From NCBI RefSeq assembly GCF_006345805.1, contig NW_021831041.1, positions 1-64,000 on the forward strand: a stretch of 64,000 bases of DNA, read 5' to 3'. Shown here one piece after another: positions 61,895 through 64,000 of the stretch. This stretch comes from Octopus sinensis (taxonomy: Eukaryota). The first letter of the stretch is position 1. Each line of letters starts with the position of its first letter. The position numbers and the translations under genes were made by a program. The notes beneath the pieces are model-generated. The model ran no database searches. It was not told where the DNA came from and was given only the letters and a program-made list of their open reading frames with translations.

Positions 61895-63510
61895 CAGGGG
61901 TTCTCAACCTTTTTAGCTCAAGGGCCAAATCGATAATTAAAATTAGCTTCGCGGGCCGCACAAAAAATATTTTATATATTTTTATATTTTTCATTTTACT
62001 AAATATTGATTTGCATAAATATGTAGATTCATATATCCATTGTGTGTTATATTTTTGAATTTTTCTTGAGGAATCGCACCATGCTTTGCCAATCCCGAGA
62101 GTCTTTCCAGATTCGACCATGCTCTTAGGACTTGCCTCGAATCAATATGTAATGCACCATTCGACGATCTTGGCTGGGAACAGGCAATACTCCCTATCAG
62201 TCATGGCGGCATCGGTGCGCGCTCAGCCACTGACCTTTCTTTGCCAGCATTCCTTTCTTCCACACATGCCACGAGCACCCGCCGCAAAAAGCCGCTGGCT
62301 TGGGTTGTCTTTTGAGCTCCCTCAGAATCCGCACGCACAGGTCGAATGGGACAGGATCCTCTGCGACCAGAAGCTGAACAGCTCAAGCCTAAGCTTAACC
62401 AACATCGCTTGACTTGCTTATTGGCTGCCTCACAACCATATTCGGGGGCTTGGTTGACCGCTATCCCAATGGGTTCTATTGGAACTTTATTGGACGATGA
62501 TTGCCTGAGGATCGGCACATCACTGCGCCTAGGACTGAACGTATGCCGGGAACACCGGTGTCGCTGTGGATCGACCGTTGACCCCTTTGGATTGCACCCG
62601 TTATCGTGCTAAAGAAGTTCCGGACGCTTCCCTCGACATACTGCTCTGAACGACATAGTCAAGCGGACTCTGGAAACGGCCGGATTCCCTTCACAGCTGG
62701 AACCGGTCGGGCTGGCTCGGGAGGATGGTAAACGTCCTGATGGTCTAACGACCTTCCCATTTGAAAATGGCAAGTCTCTCATCTGGTACGCTACTTGCAC
62801 GGATACCTTCTCCGCCAGGAACATCTTGACGTCAGCCTCAGAGCCGGGCTCTGCAGCCAACCTGGCCGAAACGCTAAAAATCAAGAAATACAGTGCATTA
62901 TCTCACCGCCATATCTTTGCCCCGATCGCAGTGGAGACATCGGGAGTCCTCGTCCCCAGAACTAAAAAATTCCTTATTAAACTGGGGGATTTGGCAAGCA
63001 GAAGAAGAAATGATCATCGGGAACGGACATGGCTTTTCCAACGCATATCAATAGCCATCTTGCGTGGGAATTGCCATTCCATCTTATCCTCTGCTGCTAA
63101 TTAAATACTAAATAACAGATCTATGGCCACTGCGACTATCAGTTTGATTTGAGGAATTAATTCGTAAAAATTAATAATGGATGCATTTTTTAGCAATGCT
63201 GCCAGTTCTATATCATGTTGTAAATTAATGAGTTCTAGTTGAAACTTTGCAGACGCATCCTTAATTTCCACGCTGAATGGAGTTGCGAATATTTTCATTA
63301 AAGGAAGGAATTCTTTAAAATTCTAAAAATTAAATTTATATTAATGTACCCCAAAACGTGTTTCAAATTGATTAATGAAATCACCAATTATGGATATGTT
63401 TAACCTTAAGAATGAATAATTAAATTTAAACATTATTAAAAAATTACAAAAGTTAGTTCCTCTAGAGGGGCCGCAAAAAAAATCCTGGGGGCCACATTTG
63501 AGATCCGCTG
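61895..63510 (-). mobile_element. Non-autonomous hAT Buster element with 8-bp TSD, interrupted by a CRE insertion
   Basis: Termini CAGGGGTTCTCAACC and TTTGAGATCCGCTG; TSD GTCTAGAG at 61887-61894 and 63511-63518; relics QLELINLQ and ESTYLCKSIFSKMK. Confidence 0.9.
62075..63148 (+). mobile_element. 5'-truncated CRE-clade retroelement with 9-bp TSD
   Basis: CRCGSTVDPFGLHPLSC, RPDG, IAVETSG, FQRISIAILRGNC; TSD TTGAGGAAT at 62066-62074 and 63149-63157. Confidence 0.92.
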
Positions 63511-63529
63511 GTCTAGAGTTTTGCTTGTC

Positions 63530-64000
63530 CCCTACTCTTAACTATCCATCTAACCTTGTTCCTAGCACGTTTACAAATATCCTCAAGATCGTCACTAGTT
63601 TTTAGTCGGCTCCCAATTCTTGCAGGATCATCACTCAGGCAGAAGGGAAGCATGCTTCTTGTCGACACGGAAATCCAATTCCGTGATTAGAAAAGTAATA
63701 TTACATAATTGGATTGCAAGAAATCATTTCGTCCATTATCAGAACAAGTCCGAAAAATCTCCAGAGTCGTTTTGGATAATCTGTCGCTATTTATATTCGC
63801 AATTTTTCTCAATTGTTCTCTATGAAAAACGTCTAATCTTCCAAGGTCTGTTTTCGATGTTCCCCTGAGATTTATAATAAAATTAGTTGTAAAAACGCAT
63901 GGTACAATTTTAGGAGATAACTTCTCTGCGTGTCCAGATAATCCATGTTTTTTAGTACACACGATGCCAACATTTTCCTGTGGGAAATGTCCTTAGAATC
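63530..64000 (-). mobile_element. RTE-clade LINE RT C-terminal fragment
   Basis: LGRLDVFHREQLRKIANI motif. Confidence 0.55.

Overview
AT-rich eukaryotic nuclear DNA, not prokaryotic. Twelve recognisable housekeeping genes (PPP4R4, HOGA1, PRUNE1, MRPS21, ADAT3, CCDC12, CNDP2, GOLT1, RPL36A, CAPZB, HMGXB4, IDH1) and one tRNA-Arg(ACG) lie among dense transposon debris. The genes are split by very short GT-AG introns of about 22-35 nt, which is why the ORF track fragments them. Animal-type genes with such introns suggest a highly reduced metazoan parasite such as a dicyemid (inference). The first 10 kb is a Helitron complex carrying three arrays of a 92-95 bp satellite in two subfamilies. At least eight CRE-clade retroelement pieces, two R4-like RLE elements resembling a family I recall from microsporidia, Jockey/RTE LINEs, and several hAT and pogo elements are also present. 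The most unusual item is a decayed bacterial-type dehydrogenase E1-alpha/E1-beta operon junction at about 13715-14425, embedded between eukaryotic retroelements: a candidate horizontally acquired bacterial relic. All identifications come from manual translation and remembered motifs; no searches were run, and exon boundaries are approximate.
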